A stretch of 64,000 nucleotides of DNA from Anthoceros angustus (taxonomy: Eukaryota; Plantae; Anthocerotophyta). The position numbers and the translations under genes are program-made. This document shows, in pieces, positions 39,001-51,039 of the stretch (within the stretch, counting starts at the first letter, position 1; each line of letters begins with the position of its first letter). Below the pieces are notes generated by a model. The model worked only from the letters and a program-made list of their open reading frames with translations, ran no database searches and was not told the DNA's origin. The stretch lies in contig VJWM01000220.1 of assembly GCA_010909165.1 (NCBI GenBank), forward strand, positions 186,001 through 250,000. Direction: 5' to 3'.

Positions 39001-41344
39001 AGACTAAACCAGGTTCTTTGAAATCAAGACATCCCCACTTGCCAATTAAGACGATCCATGTAACGTAGGGGTCGTTGTTCAATAGCCGTCCATCATAGCA
39101 TATGATGGATGAACCAGAGAGAACCGAGATTCTTGAATCAAGAAACAGCTTATCCCCACTCGCCAAGACCACATCCATGGTGCTCCCATTCCTCCTCCAT
39201 AAGATGATCCAAATGACGAGGCGCTGCTCTACAGCCTCTCAGTGTCCAAAATTTGTCGCCTTATTCTCCAAAACCTCGGAAGGAGGATTCGCACCGACTC
39301 CTCTCGAGGTACTTAGCGCCAATTTGAGTAGGCGGGACAACTTCCCTACATCGGGCGGGGAACCCTGCCGCCAGATGGCGCCACTTGTTCGCATGGCGAA
39401 ACGGGAGACTTGTATCACAACCATCTTGTGAAGCGACCCTATGTCCTCACCTTGTTTACTATGTGTCCTCAACAATGGTCCGAAGGCTCGCATTTTCCGC
39501 TCACCAAATTTTGCATACATGTCCACGGTGCCCACCACTACATTCTCCAGGCCGAGCCTTGCTGTACCCATAAGGGCATTCCATGTCACCATATCCCCGA
39601 CAAAGCAAGCAAGACTACAAGAAAGGTTAGGGAATCACCACTAGTTGTCCATCATAGTGAAGACTAAACCAGGTTCTTTGAAATCAAGACATCCCCACTT
39701 GCCAATTAAGACGATCCATGTAACGTAGGGGTCGTTGTTCAATAGCCGTCCATCATAGCATATGATGGATGAACCAGAGAGAACCGAGATTCTTGAATCA
39801 AGAAACAGCTTATCCCCACTCGCCAAGACCACATCCATGGTGCTCCCATTCCTCCTCCATAAGATGATCCGTAGGCGCGGCTGCTCTACGCCTGTGGAGT
39901 GTCCAAAATTTGTCGCCTTATTCTCCAAAACCGGAAGGAGGATTCAACTCCTCTCGAGGTACTTAGCCAATTTGAGTAGGCGGGACAACTTCCCTACACG
40001 GTGGAACCCCAAGCCGCCAGATGGCGCCACTTGTTCGCATGGCGGCAAACGGGAGACTTGTATCACAACCATCTTGTGAAGCAAGCGGGGCTATGTCCTC
40101 ACCTTGTTTACTATGTGTCCTCAACAATGGTCCGAAGGCTCGCACCGGTTTTCCACAGGACAAGCCAAAGGCGGCCCGAGTACACCGCCGTGCTCGCCAC
40201 AAGAAGCCGTGAAAGGTGGAACCCCAAGATACAAAAACCCCGCTTGAGTGCGCCATCGGAACAAAGGCGGGTATCCGCTGCAGAAATCATCAACGTCGTC
40301 TTCTTTACTCTTTCCGACTATCGCCGAGGCAAACGCCAAGATCGATACCACACTCAAAGAAAAAGAGATTGATTTGTGGCCCAATTCTAGTGCGGCCATC
40401 ACCGCTACCAAGAAGCCAAGAGGTCGATCATCGAAATTGGCGCAGAACTACGCCATCGCAACAATCGGTCAGGCGCTACGTCGGCGAACCCTTAAACCAC
40501 GAACCCGTTGCCTCCCAACGGAACCCCAACAAGTCCAACGGGGATGTGATGCAATTTGAAGAAGGACGCGGCGGGCCGGCAAGAGCCTACGCACTAACTA
40601 TCTCGATGTCGTACCCATGTCGCATTAATATGCATCCGAGTTCAAGTCCGTTGCCTTGGATGCATTCGATGAAAGCGGCGATGCGGTGGAGCGCGCGAGG
40701 TCGCGGGTGACCGAGCGCCATCGCAACGTGGAAATGGACCATGGTATCACCGCTTTGCAACATTGATGATTTCACCGGACATGCAAGGATCCGCATCGAG
40801 TAGAACCCCAACCCAACAGTGACCTAGCATGTTTTAAGAAAAACTAAAAATATTTTTGAACACCAACCTATATCAACTATCTATCTATCCTCCCATCGCC
40901 TCTCCCTCTTTACCTCTTCGCATTGTACCCTTCCTTGCCCCGCATAACATGTCTATTACTCCAACTCTACTATGTAACTCATTGGTCATCATCCGCTCAT
41001 ACTATCGCCATCTTCATCATCCTCACTCATGCTATCCCCGACTAGAAGCCTCACGTTGTACTCGGCCTTCCACTAGAAGCCTCACGTTGTACTATGCGTC
41101 TTCCACGACGCTTGTACTCACCATAATTATAATTAAATAAGTGAAATATTTAAGACTTGGGATACTTTTTATACTTATAAGAAAAGCTTTAAAATATTTT
41201 TCAACCTATCAATTACCTATCTATCCTCCCACCCTCTCCACTCCTTATCCCTCTATCGCCTCCCCACTCCTTATCCCTCTATCATCTCCCTTCCCCTTCT
41301 CCTTTCCACATAACAAGTCTATTACTCCAACTCTACTATGTAAC

Positions 41345-44300
41345 TCATTGGTCATTATCGCTCACGCTATCATTGTCTTCATCATCCTCACCTATGATAT
41401 CCGCATCCTCATCATCTTGACTCATGTTATCCTCGTCTTGAGCCTCACCTTGTACTATGCCTTCCACGTGCGCTTGTACCCACCACAATTTTCCATGCAT
41501 TTTAGAATTCTCATACAAAAGACTTGCTCCACTTTCTCCGATACTAGTACAAATGGCTCATCCTCCAACTTATCATTGGATAACATGACATCGTTAACCA
41601 TGAACATACGAGATGTATCTTTTGATGGTGTGTGCTCTTTGTTCCATTGAGCCTTGAACCATCTCACCTTCAACACATTTACTTTTTAGACGGCCCTAAG
41701 TCCACCTCCAAAATCTTTTCCACCTTTCCAAAGATAGGGAAAATGCTATAATAGGTTCGGTGTCCCGCGATGAAACACATGCTTGGCTATATAGATGTTT
41801 TATAATGCTATCACATGTATTCTTTCCCCTATCTCGCATCTATAGTCCTTATATGATTTCCATATGCCCACATCATTTTATATGATCGCACACTGAGGAG
41901 GTCCTCGCACAATTGGTCCACATCCAACCCATAGGTTTGTACCGCATTTCCCTTTCGCTACTTTAACTTCATCTATCAACCATTCGCAAAAGGACGCTGT
42001 CGTCATATACACACTTTTCGCCATTTTTGAGTACAGCTGAGTTTTCCACTAACACTTTCCTCATCCGTTGCATTTCCACATCATTCGGTCATAATTTTGC
42101 CATTCCTTGCAATAACACCCCACATTGGGTGACATCATCTTGATTTCCACACTCTTGGTGCCTCTTCATGTGTATTTCCAAAGAACTCGAGCTATAAAAC
42201 ATTATCTCTTGTGCTAAGTATCCTAAAGCCATGCTACCTTCGTCGGGCTTTCGTCGAACAAGTCCCTTTAACACTTTCATGTGCCTTTCTAAGAAATACA
42301 TCCATCGATATCGAGTTGGTCCACATAATTCAACCTCCCGCACAAGATGAACAACAACATGTACTTGACTTGTCGAAAAGTCGTTGGAAATTCCCTCCAA
42401 CACACACATGATCTCCACACTTTTCACCTTCATAGCTGGAATTTCATCCTTCGCAATTTCTTTTGAACAAAGCCACCGAATAGCTCGGCAAGATCACATA
42501 TAGCCTTGTGAACATCATGATGTATTAATCCTTTCAAGACAATTGGCCACAATCCGTAATGATGGTGATGATCATGAGACTTTAACCCCGAAAATTCCCT
42601 CTTCTCTCCTTTAGAAAACAACGCTCAAATTTGACCCATACCAGGAGTACGTATGCAAATCCTTGTTCTCAATTTTTCCTCTGCATTAGCATACATTCGC
42701 CTCTTTTGCTGCCATGTCCAAGAACCTGTGGTCGTGTCGTTATAAATGTCCGTCCCTGGTTCGCCAGTTTTTGCTACCTTGCACCCCATTTACAATGTTT
42801 TGGCCTCTTTGTCTCCTTCCAACAGCGATGGCCTCGCATGGGGCCACCAATCTTGTTTGGTATTTGAATACTCAAGATCTCTACGACTAAGGGAATCTTG
42901 ATTCCCACATATGTGTGCCAAAATCTGACTTACATTCTTTCCAATGTGCATGATATCAAATAAGTGTCCGATCAACAATATCTCGCAACCACCAAATAGC
43001 ATGACTAAAAGTTAACCTTCATGAATAGCTATTAGTCTACCTACCGATGCTACCAATAATATAATTAAAATATTCTTGAAAAGGGTAATACTTGCAAGAC
43101 CCCATATGCATGCATACATACCTCCCAAGATGGAAGCTCCCGAAAATTGAAGGCTCGCTAGTAACACCCTGTCTGCCTTCACCATTGTCTTTTGCATATT
43201 TCCTTAAAGCTTTCGATCATAATATCCTCCGGAGTTGGTGCATAGTCCGGATGAATAATTTCCATCTCACCTTTCCATTGAATGAATCCCGCTCTTCCAC
43301 TCTAAACTTGTGTTCCTCGTAAAATTTTCTAAAATTCTTATCATACGTCATTTTGTTTGTGAACATTGACTTTCTTGCTTCTAATTTGTCCCAACATATT
43401 GGACATGCCCGCTTCCCTTTTGTTTGCATTTTAGAAGTGAAAGAATATCCTGGATAATCATGCATCGCCCACAACAATAAGGCCTTCAATTTAAATTGTC
43501 TTTGAGCATTTCCAATAGCCATAGAAGCATCTTGTACGACCACACCTTCCTCCCAGACCTTCAACTCTTCGATGAGTGGTTGAAAATATATATCCGCATC
43601 TTTGACTTGCTTCGGACCGTGAATAATCATTGACAACAATATATGCCCATTCTTGATAGATAACCAAGGAGGCGTTATAATTGACAAGAAGCACGGCCAT
43701 ATAGAATACCTAGAACTTTGGTGCCCAAAGGGATTAATCCCATCCGTAGCAAGTCCTAATCGAATGTTGCGCCTCCTTAGCAAACTCGGATAAGTGTTGT
43801 CCACATGTTCCCATGCATAGCTATCCGATGGGACCCGCATAATCCCATCATTAGACTTATTTGTGGCGTGCCATGACATCATACTTGCTAGCTCCGGACA
43901 TCTAAACATTTGTTTCAATCTAGGAATCAATGGAAAATATCAAGTAGCTTAACTGCACACACTGCTTCTTCGTGTCAATTCGATACCTATGTTTCCACAC
44001 ATCTTGCGAATAGCAATTAAAACTCGTGAACAACATACAATCATCTTGACAAGCATGTATGGATGTATATGTTAGGCCAAACCCTTAAGCATCTTTTTAA
44101 TTTCAGCCCTACTTTTGGCAACTTGTTGCCAATCGGGAGGCCTAATTTGCCTAGTAATGATAAAATTGAATTCAAAGATGCATCCGACCAGCCATGCCTC
44201 CTTTGGATGTTCAATAACAATAAAATGAATGCCAATAAACTTATCTCGGCTCCAACCCATAGAGGCGTAGTTGCGGTGTGCATCGCCTTTAATTCCTCGT

Positions 44301-44460
44301 GCAAGGAATCGACTGTTCTTTAGTCATTTCGCGATGCGAAACCCCACCAAGTGCCTCCACCAACTCTATGGTCACTTGTTCGTCGGGATGAATGTTGACA
44401 TGTTCTTCATCAACCTCAAAATGATCATCAACCTCAATAAAATCTTGTTCCTCTTCAATC
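41345..44460 (-). pseudogene. CACTA TnpD/Tnp2-type transposase, frameshifted as assembled
   Basis: TPLWVGAEISLLAFILLLL...HGWSDASL...LPIGNKLP, IPRLKQMF...MSWH...MRVPSDSYAW...RNIRLGLATDGINPF...YSIWP, DYPGY...ACPIC, HLFDIMHIGKNV, GLKSHDHH, VHVVVHLVREVELCGP.RYRWMYFLERHMKVLK, DEPFVLVSEKVEQVF, and an acidic tail ending in TGA at 41345. Confidence 0.95.
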
Positions 44461-44653
44461 GATTATTCAATCACACGCACAAAATAAATATCAAATAAGT
44501 ATATAAAATATTGTAGTACTATATAGAATAAATTATATTATAATTTAATAACTTTAGTATAACCACTATTATTAAGGAAATATTGAACAACATGCAAAAC
44601 TAAAAGGTTAAGAAGTCAAGTCGAGATATACTAATTGTTTTGTTGCGATATAG

Positions 44654-45517
44654 TCAATATACACAAGGTACAAGACCCTCAACATCAACTCTTCTACATC
44701 CTACAACAAAAACTATTCCACATCCTCGTGCATCAACTTTGCCTTCAATTTCTTCCACTCCATCTGCGTAATTTAATGTGTCTATGTACTCTTCCGGCCT
44801 TCCTTTTGGCTTCAAATGGTTCGGGTTATACCAATTGTAATCAACAAACAACTCTTCCCAGCATTAATGGTCCTCACGCCCAAGTGCAAATCCAATCAAG
44901 ATGGTCGCCACTTAGTAGCTCATGCCCATCCGACCTTTCTTCCCAAATGCAATTTTGCTTGATTGCGATATTTCCACTACTACTATTCATATATCCCGCC
45001 ACATTCCCATATGCAACATGCCCATCGAGGTACTCAATTGGGCCATCATTAACATCTTTACGGAGTCTATTGAAAGTCAATGCATACTGAATCAACTGTT
45101 GTAGTTCACTATCTTGTTATATTCTCCTGTATACTTTGGACCCCAAACACAAACAAAGGAACTCCATTCACATTATCTTTTCTCACTACGATTTTCTCCA
45201 TGGAAAATAAACCCAACCCCATGGCTGGGTTTGTTGCCTCCTTCACTATCCACCTTCGCCCCAATATAGAAATGACTTGTTAATAGGAATAGGTCCCTTC
45301 TCCCACATTCCCCATTCTCTAGGGTACACGCCTTTCAAAAGATGCTTGTATAAAACAATAGCATCATGAGACTTTGGATCTTCCCCTCTTTTGGATGATA
45401 AGGAGGTGCAATAAAGGGTCCATCGCCTTTCCATCCAAAGGTTTTCCTACACCGCAAAGCCATGTGTCCACTCCTACGCTGACTTGTTATAACATGCAAA
45501 TTTCAAACTCCTTCCAA
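44654..45517 (-). pseudogene. SET-domain (lysine methyltransferase-like) coding region inside the CACTA, broken by about five frameshifts as assembled
   Basis: Manual join of frames gives RWIVKEATNPAMGLGLFSMEKI (GLGLF at 45219-45205)...LFVFG/GPKY...QYAL...YLDGHVAYGNVAGYMNSS (45008-44979)...QNC...ICTWA/VRTINAG/ELFVDYNW (44854-44831). The SET motifs appear in canonical order and spacing. Confidence 0.75.
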
Positions 45518-45737
45518 CTATAAAAAAACAACCATAATTACACATATGAATAATTAAACTACCTTTAATATAACAAGAGAAACATACTTACCACAATTAG
45601 TATGCCACATCGAATTATTCTATAGATAATATTATATAATTGCTTTATTATTGTATTTTCTAGCATAGAAGAAAAGGGCTCCATAATTACTTCATTAGTT
45701 TATTTCCTAGCATAGAAGAAAAGGATTGCAACTCACG

Positions 45738-45913
45738 TTGTGGCTACGGTGGTTCTCCTTGTCGCTATTTCTCCTCCTTCTCCTCCTCCTCCTTCTCCTC
45801 GTCCTCCTTCTCCTCCTCGTTGTTCTTCTCCTCCTCGTCCTCCTTCTCCTCTCGCTCTTCTTCATCTCCTTGCGGTTCTCCACCGGGACTTCATTCTGGG
45901 AGGTAAGGTCCAT
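45738..45913 (-). other. Purine-rich low-complexity putative first exon (Glu/Lys- or Arg-rich) upstream of the SET exon
   Basis: ATG at 45913, a GAG/AAG-rich tract, donor-like gtgagt at about 45737, an AT-rich interval, and acceptor tttttttatag before 45517. Confidence 0.4.
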
Positions 45914-47335
45914 TCTTGCGCAAATGTTTACGTATTGGTTAGCTCACGAACTCGCCTTGCACTCTTTGCACCAACATTTTGGAAAATATATTGGATATTT
46001 GGGCGCTTAAATCTACGAGCGATCCATAAGGACCTACCCTCAACAATGATCGTGGGTTAGCTTAAGCTCGACAACACTTGCCCTGCCTTCACCGAGCACG
46101 TTGGAAAGTGCAGAGGCTACCTTCGATGAAGTGCTCCGGCCCTCGCTCCAACCTCCGATCCGAGCGTAAATCCGCATAAATCGAGCCAATTCTAATCTAG
46201 AGCAATTCCATGCAACCGATAACGCGATACTCAAAACGCTTTACAAAGAGCATAGACCTGCTGAACGGACTTGTAGCTATCTAGCATCCGGATGGTCGAT
46301 TTAGGTGTGCACCGTTTTTATTGACCCTTGCTACTAGAAGGCCCTCGCCACGCACGATGGAAGGCCCTTCTAGCTATGTAGTGGATGGTTAGTAGCTGGG
46401 ACAAGAGAAAGGCCTCTTACATGGTGCTTGTTAGTCAATCCAAAGCGCTTTACAACACGAGGCGTTGCAAATCGGTTTGGGAAATTTGCAACGCTCTCTT
46501 ATCAACGCACTCAGCAACATTTGCAACGCACTCGCAGCAGCCAATTCTAATCATGAGCAATTGCATGCAACCGACAATACTCAAAACGCTTTGCAAAGAG
46601 CACCGACCGAACGGACTTGTAGCTATCTAGCATCGCGGATGGTGCCGACCCTTGCTATGAGAAGGCCCTCACGCACAATGGAAGGCGGCTTGGCCTCTTA
46701 TCGATGCCGCTGAAACCATGAAAGCAGGCCTCTTACAGTGCTCGGTCCAAAGCGCTAGCTAAGCAACAGCGGGCAATTTGCAAAGCATTCGGTAAAGCAC
46801 CGTAGTGTGCTATTGATATAGCCTTAGCTTACTTAAGGCGCAAGCCTTTCCTTATTTGCGTGGGACTCAAGATTGTGAAATGTGTGAGCAACTTTATATC
46901 AAAAGCTCGATGCCTTTACATCACCGATAGGATCGTCTTTGCCAACCTCGCATGACTTGGGTAGACTACGAAACCACATTTGTGATGAGTTCATTATCAC
47001 TCGATCCGGCTCGGTCCGTATCGGAGCATAGTCTTCACAAAAGCGTAAGGTGGCTCGTCGTGCTCCATTCGTGATGCCGATTAAAACCTTGAGCCCCTCA
47101 AACAAAATCTACCTTATTAGCATTTATCATGCAAAAGATCACTCAGACTTTTACACTTACGATAGAAGGAGATGATTAGGTTGGGCACAAGATCAGATTT
47201 CTCCAAGTCGAGTCATCCGAGTTCCGCTTTCACAAAAGTAAGCCCTTGGAGACCGGATCGAGAGTAGTACCAACTGTGATGATAGCACTCAAGGCGCATG
47301 GAAGCATGTGACCAAAAAACAAGGACGAGTTCCAT

Positions 47336-47640
47336 CCGGAAGGGTGGGACCCTTCTCTTTCTCCGAGGAAGGCTAGGAAGCGGACGCAATGTTACACAAC
47401 CCTTGTCACAAGGGTCAAAGTTTGCACAATTCACAGTGCATCACCTCCTCTTCATCACGGTCTCCTCCCGACGCTGGGATCCACCTCCGGAAGGGTGGGA
47501 CCCTTCTCTTTCTCCGAGGAAGGCTAGGAAGCGGACGCAATGTTACACAACCCTTGTCACAAGGGTCAAAGTTTGCACACCATGTGCATCACCTCCTCTT
47601 CATCACGCATCTCCTCCTCGACTGGGATCCACCTCGGAAG
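47336..47640. repeat. Tandem duplication with a period of about 151 bp
   Basis: ccggaagggtgggacccttctctttctccgaggaaggctagg... occurs at about 47336 and 47487. Confidence 0.85.
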
Positions 47641-48498
47641 GTCCTCGGCCGCCCGCCAGTTGTCTACCGCCATCACCTCCGGATGGTTCTCGGCCGCCCG
47701 CCAGTTGTACCGCCATCGCCGCTCAAAACGCACTTGACGGCCGGTGCTTAACACAATCGGAGTTCACAACCGAGTTCACAATCGGTCGGACAAACACAAT
47801 CGCTCAAAGTGTGTGCTCACTTTGAGCCGCAACCGCCGACTTGGGAACGGATCAGCTATAAAACTATAGTGTCTGCACTGAGGCTGAAACAGGAACAAAG
47901 TGAGGCCCCAAGGAGCCCCTTACTCTCAAACTCCATGGCGTCAAAGAAACCATATGTGGGTCTTTCAACTGTCTCGGCGGTACGAGAGTGGGTGTGTGTT
48001 AATGCGGAACCTCGAAATGCGCTCGTGCGATCGAGGATTGAACTCTCATTAGGTACCGCCTAGCCCGCTTGTCAGATCGGCAACATCAACAAGGCATGAT
48101 GATGAGTGCCAAGAAGACTTAAATTCTTTAGCGACCGTTTAAGGAGGGGCGAATCGAGGTTTTAAGACTCGGGCTCAAGTGGATGGCCGAGGAAGCATTG
48201 CCCTTTAGCCCTTATTCTATTCATTCCCACCGGATCTTTTACACATTAAAGGGGCACGAGTCCCAAGCAATAGCCTTGAAAGCACCTAAGGGACAACATA
48301 GCTACGCTCCATACAATCCTCTATCTCGCCATCAAAATATCTCCGAGGAGCACACTACGCTAAGCCTCGTGCTCAAGCACTCCGTTTGTCATATCTTGCC
48401 ATTTTCATGCCAATGGTTTCCCTCAAAAGGAAAGAAGCATTAAAGCTTTATTTGTAGGCTTGCATGGGTCACCATCAAAACCTCATCACTCATATGCT

Positions 48499-48805
48499 TT
48501 CACCCGTTTTCGGGTAATTGCAGTTGCGGCATGGGGACCTCTTCCACTCCTCCAATATTGTGTCCGATTGAGTTTGATCGGGATGAGCTATTTGCCACCT
48601 TTGGAGTATCAAGGAGGATAAAAGTGTTTGAGTTTGCAACGGTGGTCAATGACATGGCTGATGTGCATTGTCCCATGGTAGAAATGTCTACCCGCTCCAA
48701 ATTGAGTTGTCGAGTTGGAACAAGTACATAAAGTCGCACATTGCGGCGTGATTATGAAGGGATTGCAAGATGGGATGTGAATACGTGCGAGCATCACGGA
48801 GTATG
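48499..48805 (+). pseudogene. COP1: Captured COP1 WD40-region fragment
   Basis: FTR..RVIA/LRHGDLFHSSNIVS/IEFDRDELFATFGVSRRIKVFEFATVVNDMADVHCPMVEMSTRSKLSC/SWNKYIKSHIA/DYEGI..WDVNT matches the start of the plant COP1 WD40 domain. Confidence 0.92.
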
Positions 48806-49729
48806 TGTACTGCAGGCCCAGCCTAAACCTCACCAAGTTTATTACTTGGTTCTCGAGGCGCGGATTCACGTGGCCATCGGCTCCACTCCACCGGCTAGTT
48901 TGCAATCTAGTTTTCTCAACTAAGCCCCGGAAGTGTTCGCCACCAAGAAGCCGAGAACTTTTGCACAGCAGTGCAGCCGTGGAGCCGAGCATGCTTAACC
49001 CGAACGCCTTTTGCCCCATTTTGGCGTTTTTCATATTATGAATTTCTAATTACAAGAAAATCGACCGCAATGTTCTCAACACCACAATTACCGTGATGAC
49101 CTCCTCTTTCCAACCATATGTTCAAAAAGCACCACCCCTCGGAACATGCACAAATTTCCATAGCCATTTCGATCCACCTTGGGCACCAGTGAGGTGAGCA
49201 TCTTTCTTTGCCTACCATGAACTAAGGTGAATCAGATACGTATGTACACAAGAATGTAGGGATCGCGCATGACATCGATCCTAAGCGCCGTGGCCGACCT
49301 TTCTTGAGAAATGAAGAGCCGAGCCAGAGAAGAGAGGGTCTCTTAGTTTCCTTTTGTGCGTTCCATATGTGTACCACTTTTACCTACTAGAGATTTTAGA
49401 ACGTAAAAGTGAACTGAACGTTGTAAATAGTAATAGTTTCTAATTTTACAACGGAGTGTGTTGTAAATGGTAATCGCTTCCGACTTAACAACGGAGCGTT
49501 GCAAATAGTAGTTTCAAAGTCGTTTCATACAAACTCACCAGCACTGCAGTGCACGAGGTAGGTGACGCAGTGCACATGGTGAGGCGGTGCAATGCATGCA
49601 AGATCTTGTCCAAGGAACATGCTTGCACACAAATCGATATAAAGGCGGGTTCATGTCACAAGTAGATGTTTACATACTGCGACGTATGTGTTGAGAGCCT
49701 GTATGTCGATTGCCCTGGGTGTGTGAGAA

Positions 49730-50010
49730 CCGGCTTGCCATCGGGTGTGTGACGTGGGGAGCTTGTGCTAGTGTACTTGAGGGCCATGCGGCCAGCCATC
49801 GGGTATGTGAGGTGGGGAGCTTGTGTAGCTAGTGTAATTGAGGCCATGCGGGCCCCGCCATCGGGTGTGTGAGGTGGGGAGCTTGTGTAGCTAGTGTAAT
49901 TGAGGGCCATGGGGCCAGCGGGTGTGTGAGAGCCGGCTTGCCATCGGGATGTGTGACGAGTGGGAGCTCAGATGTAGTGTAATTGAGGCCATGCACCGCC
50001 ATCGGGTGTG
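49730..50010. repeat. About 55-65 bp tandem repeat, 4-5 copies
   Basis: Units of gccatcgggtgtgtgaggtggggagcttgtgtagctagtgtaattgaggccatgcg. Confidence 0.8.
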
Positions 50011-51039
50011 TGTGATGAGAGTGTGTATTATAATTGAGAGTCTATGTGTTTGAGAGAAGCCAAGCCAACCATGCCTCGCACATTTTAGAAGCGGGAAGGT
50101 CATGAGAAGTGCGGGAAGGCTTTGTAAAGCGGGAAGAAGCACGAGGGAATTTGACGTCCATCCAGACACAAGGCCCGCACCTTGTTTGCTTAAGATTGTC
50201 GACTTGGCTTTGCAGCTTCCAAGGATTGCTTGAGAGAGAGATTGCCCGACTTTGTAGGTGGCAGCAGTCACATGTTGAGTCAGCGCCGCCTCCCTCTCTC
50301 ACGCGCCGAGATCTTGGTCGCGGGCACGGTACACGTTGTGTATTGCCTGCACACAAGCTCTAACAACGGCACATGGTGTTTAGTTAGTGACTACACACAA
50401 GCTCGTGTTTAGTTAGTGACTGCACGAATTCGACCTACAACACAATTAGGGCTTACGAAATTGAATTCCTTGGATCAAGAAGGTTTGTGTGCATCCCCAA
50501 TCTCTTATGCTTGGTGCTTTTTTAGGGCACGCACTTTCATGGGCAAAGGTTGCTAAGCGCCTTTCTACTAACCCCAACCACCTTGCAATGTAGATGGCGC
50601 ACTACACGCAAGCGCGGTTGGGTTTGCATTGTCATGCGTAACGCGATAAGGAAACAAGACTTTGGCCACAACAGATTAGTGGTGGGGACGCAGCAGTGGA
50701 TGCCGTGGTGGAAGGATCTGCCTCTAACGGCTCGGTGGTTGGGTTTAGTAGACAGCGCAAGCCAAGGAGCGCTTCCGCTTGTCGGACAAGCCTAGCGTAA
50801 AAAATGGGCCACCGTGAAGGCAAAGAAGCGGGAGGGCGTCTCAAAGGAGCGGAAGTCGCAAGGCGTCGCCGCCTCGAAATGTGAGTTGTGCATCAACGGC
50901 TTTGTCCAAGCGCAGATCGCACGACCAGTTTGAATCACCGCCTTCAACTAGTTCGAGCTCTAGGGTCGGTGATGATAATGAGCTCTAAACGATGGCTTTT
51001 TCTTTTCTCACTTGTGTGTGGTAGGAAAGCGAGCGCCAC

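Larger units (their letters stand above)
20106..40810. repeat. Complex tandem amplification of the cargo module (units of about 2-4.5 kb with sub-duplications)
   Basis: Anchor gctcaagcattgaaaa recurs at about 20106, 24490, 31220, 33227. Anchor tcctatctattcaaataggtaggactc recurs at about 21248, 25616, 32287, 34298, 35736, 37878. A block near caaagtc..cctaatgaaatggcc recurs at about 21869, 26227, 26727, 27217, 28730. Confidence 0.92.

Noticed and set aside
19850-40810. Functional PPR or P450 gene cluster
   Set aside because: Only short truncated fragments with no complete gene, all inside the transposon termini.
45707-46060. Poly-Arg, poly-Leu and poly-Pro ORFs as real proteins
   Set aside because: They are alternative readings of one GAG/AAG low-complexity tract.
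48975-48998. VEPSML as a continuation of the COP1 fragment
   Set aside because: Too short and separated by unrelated sequence, so it could be chance.
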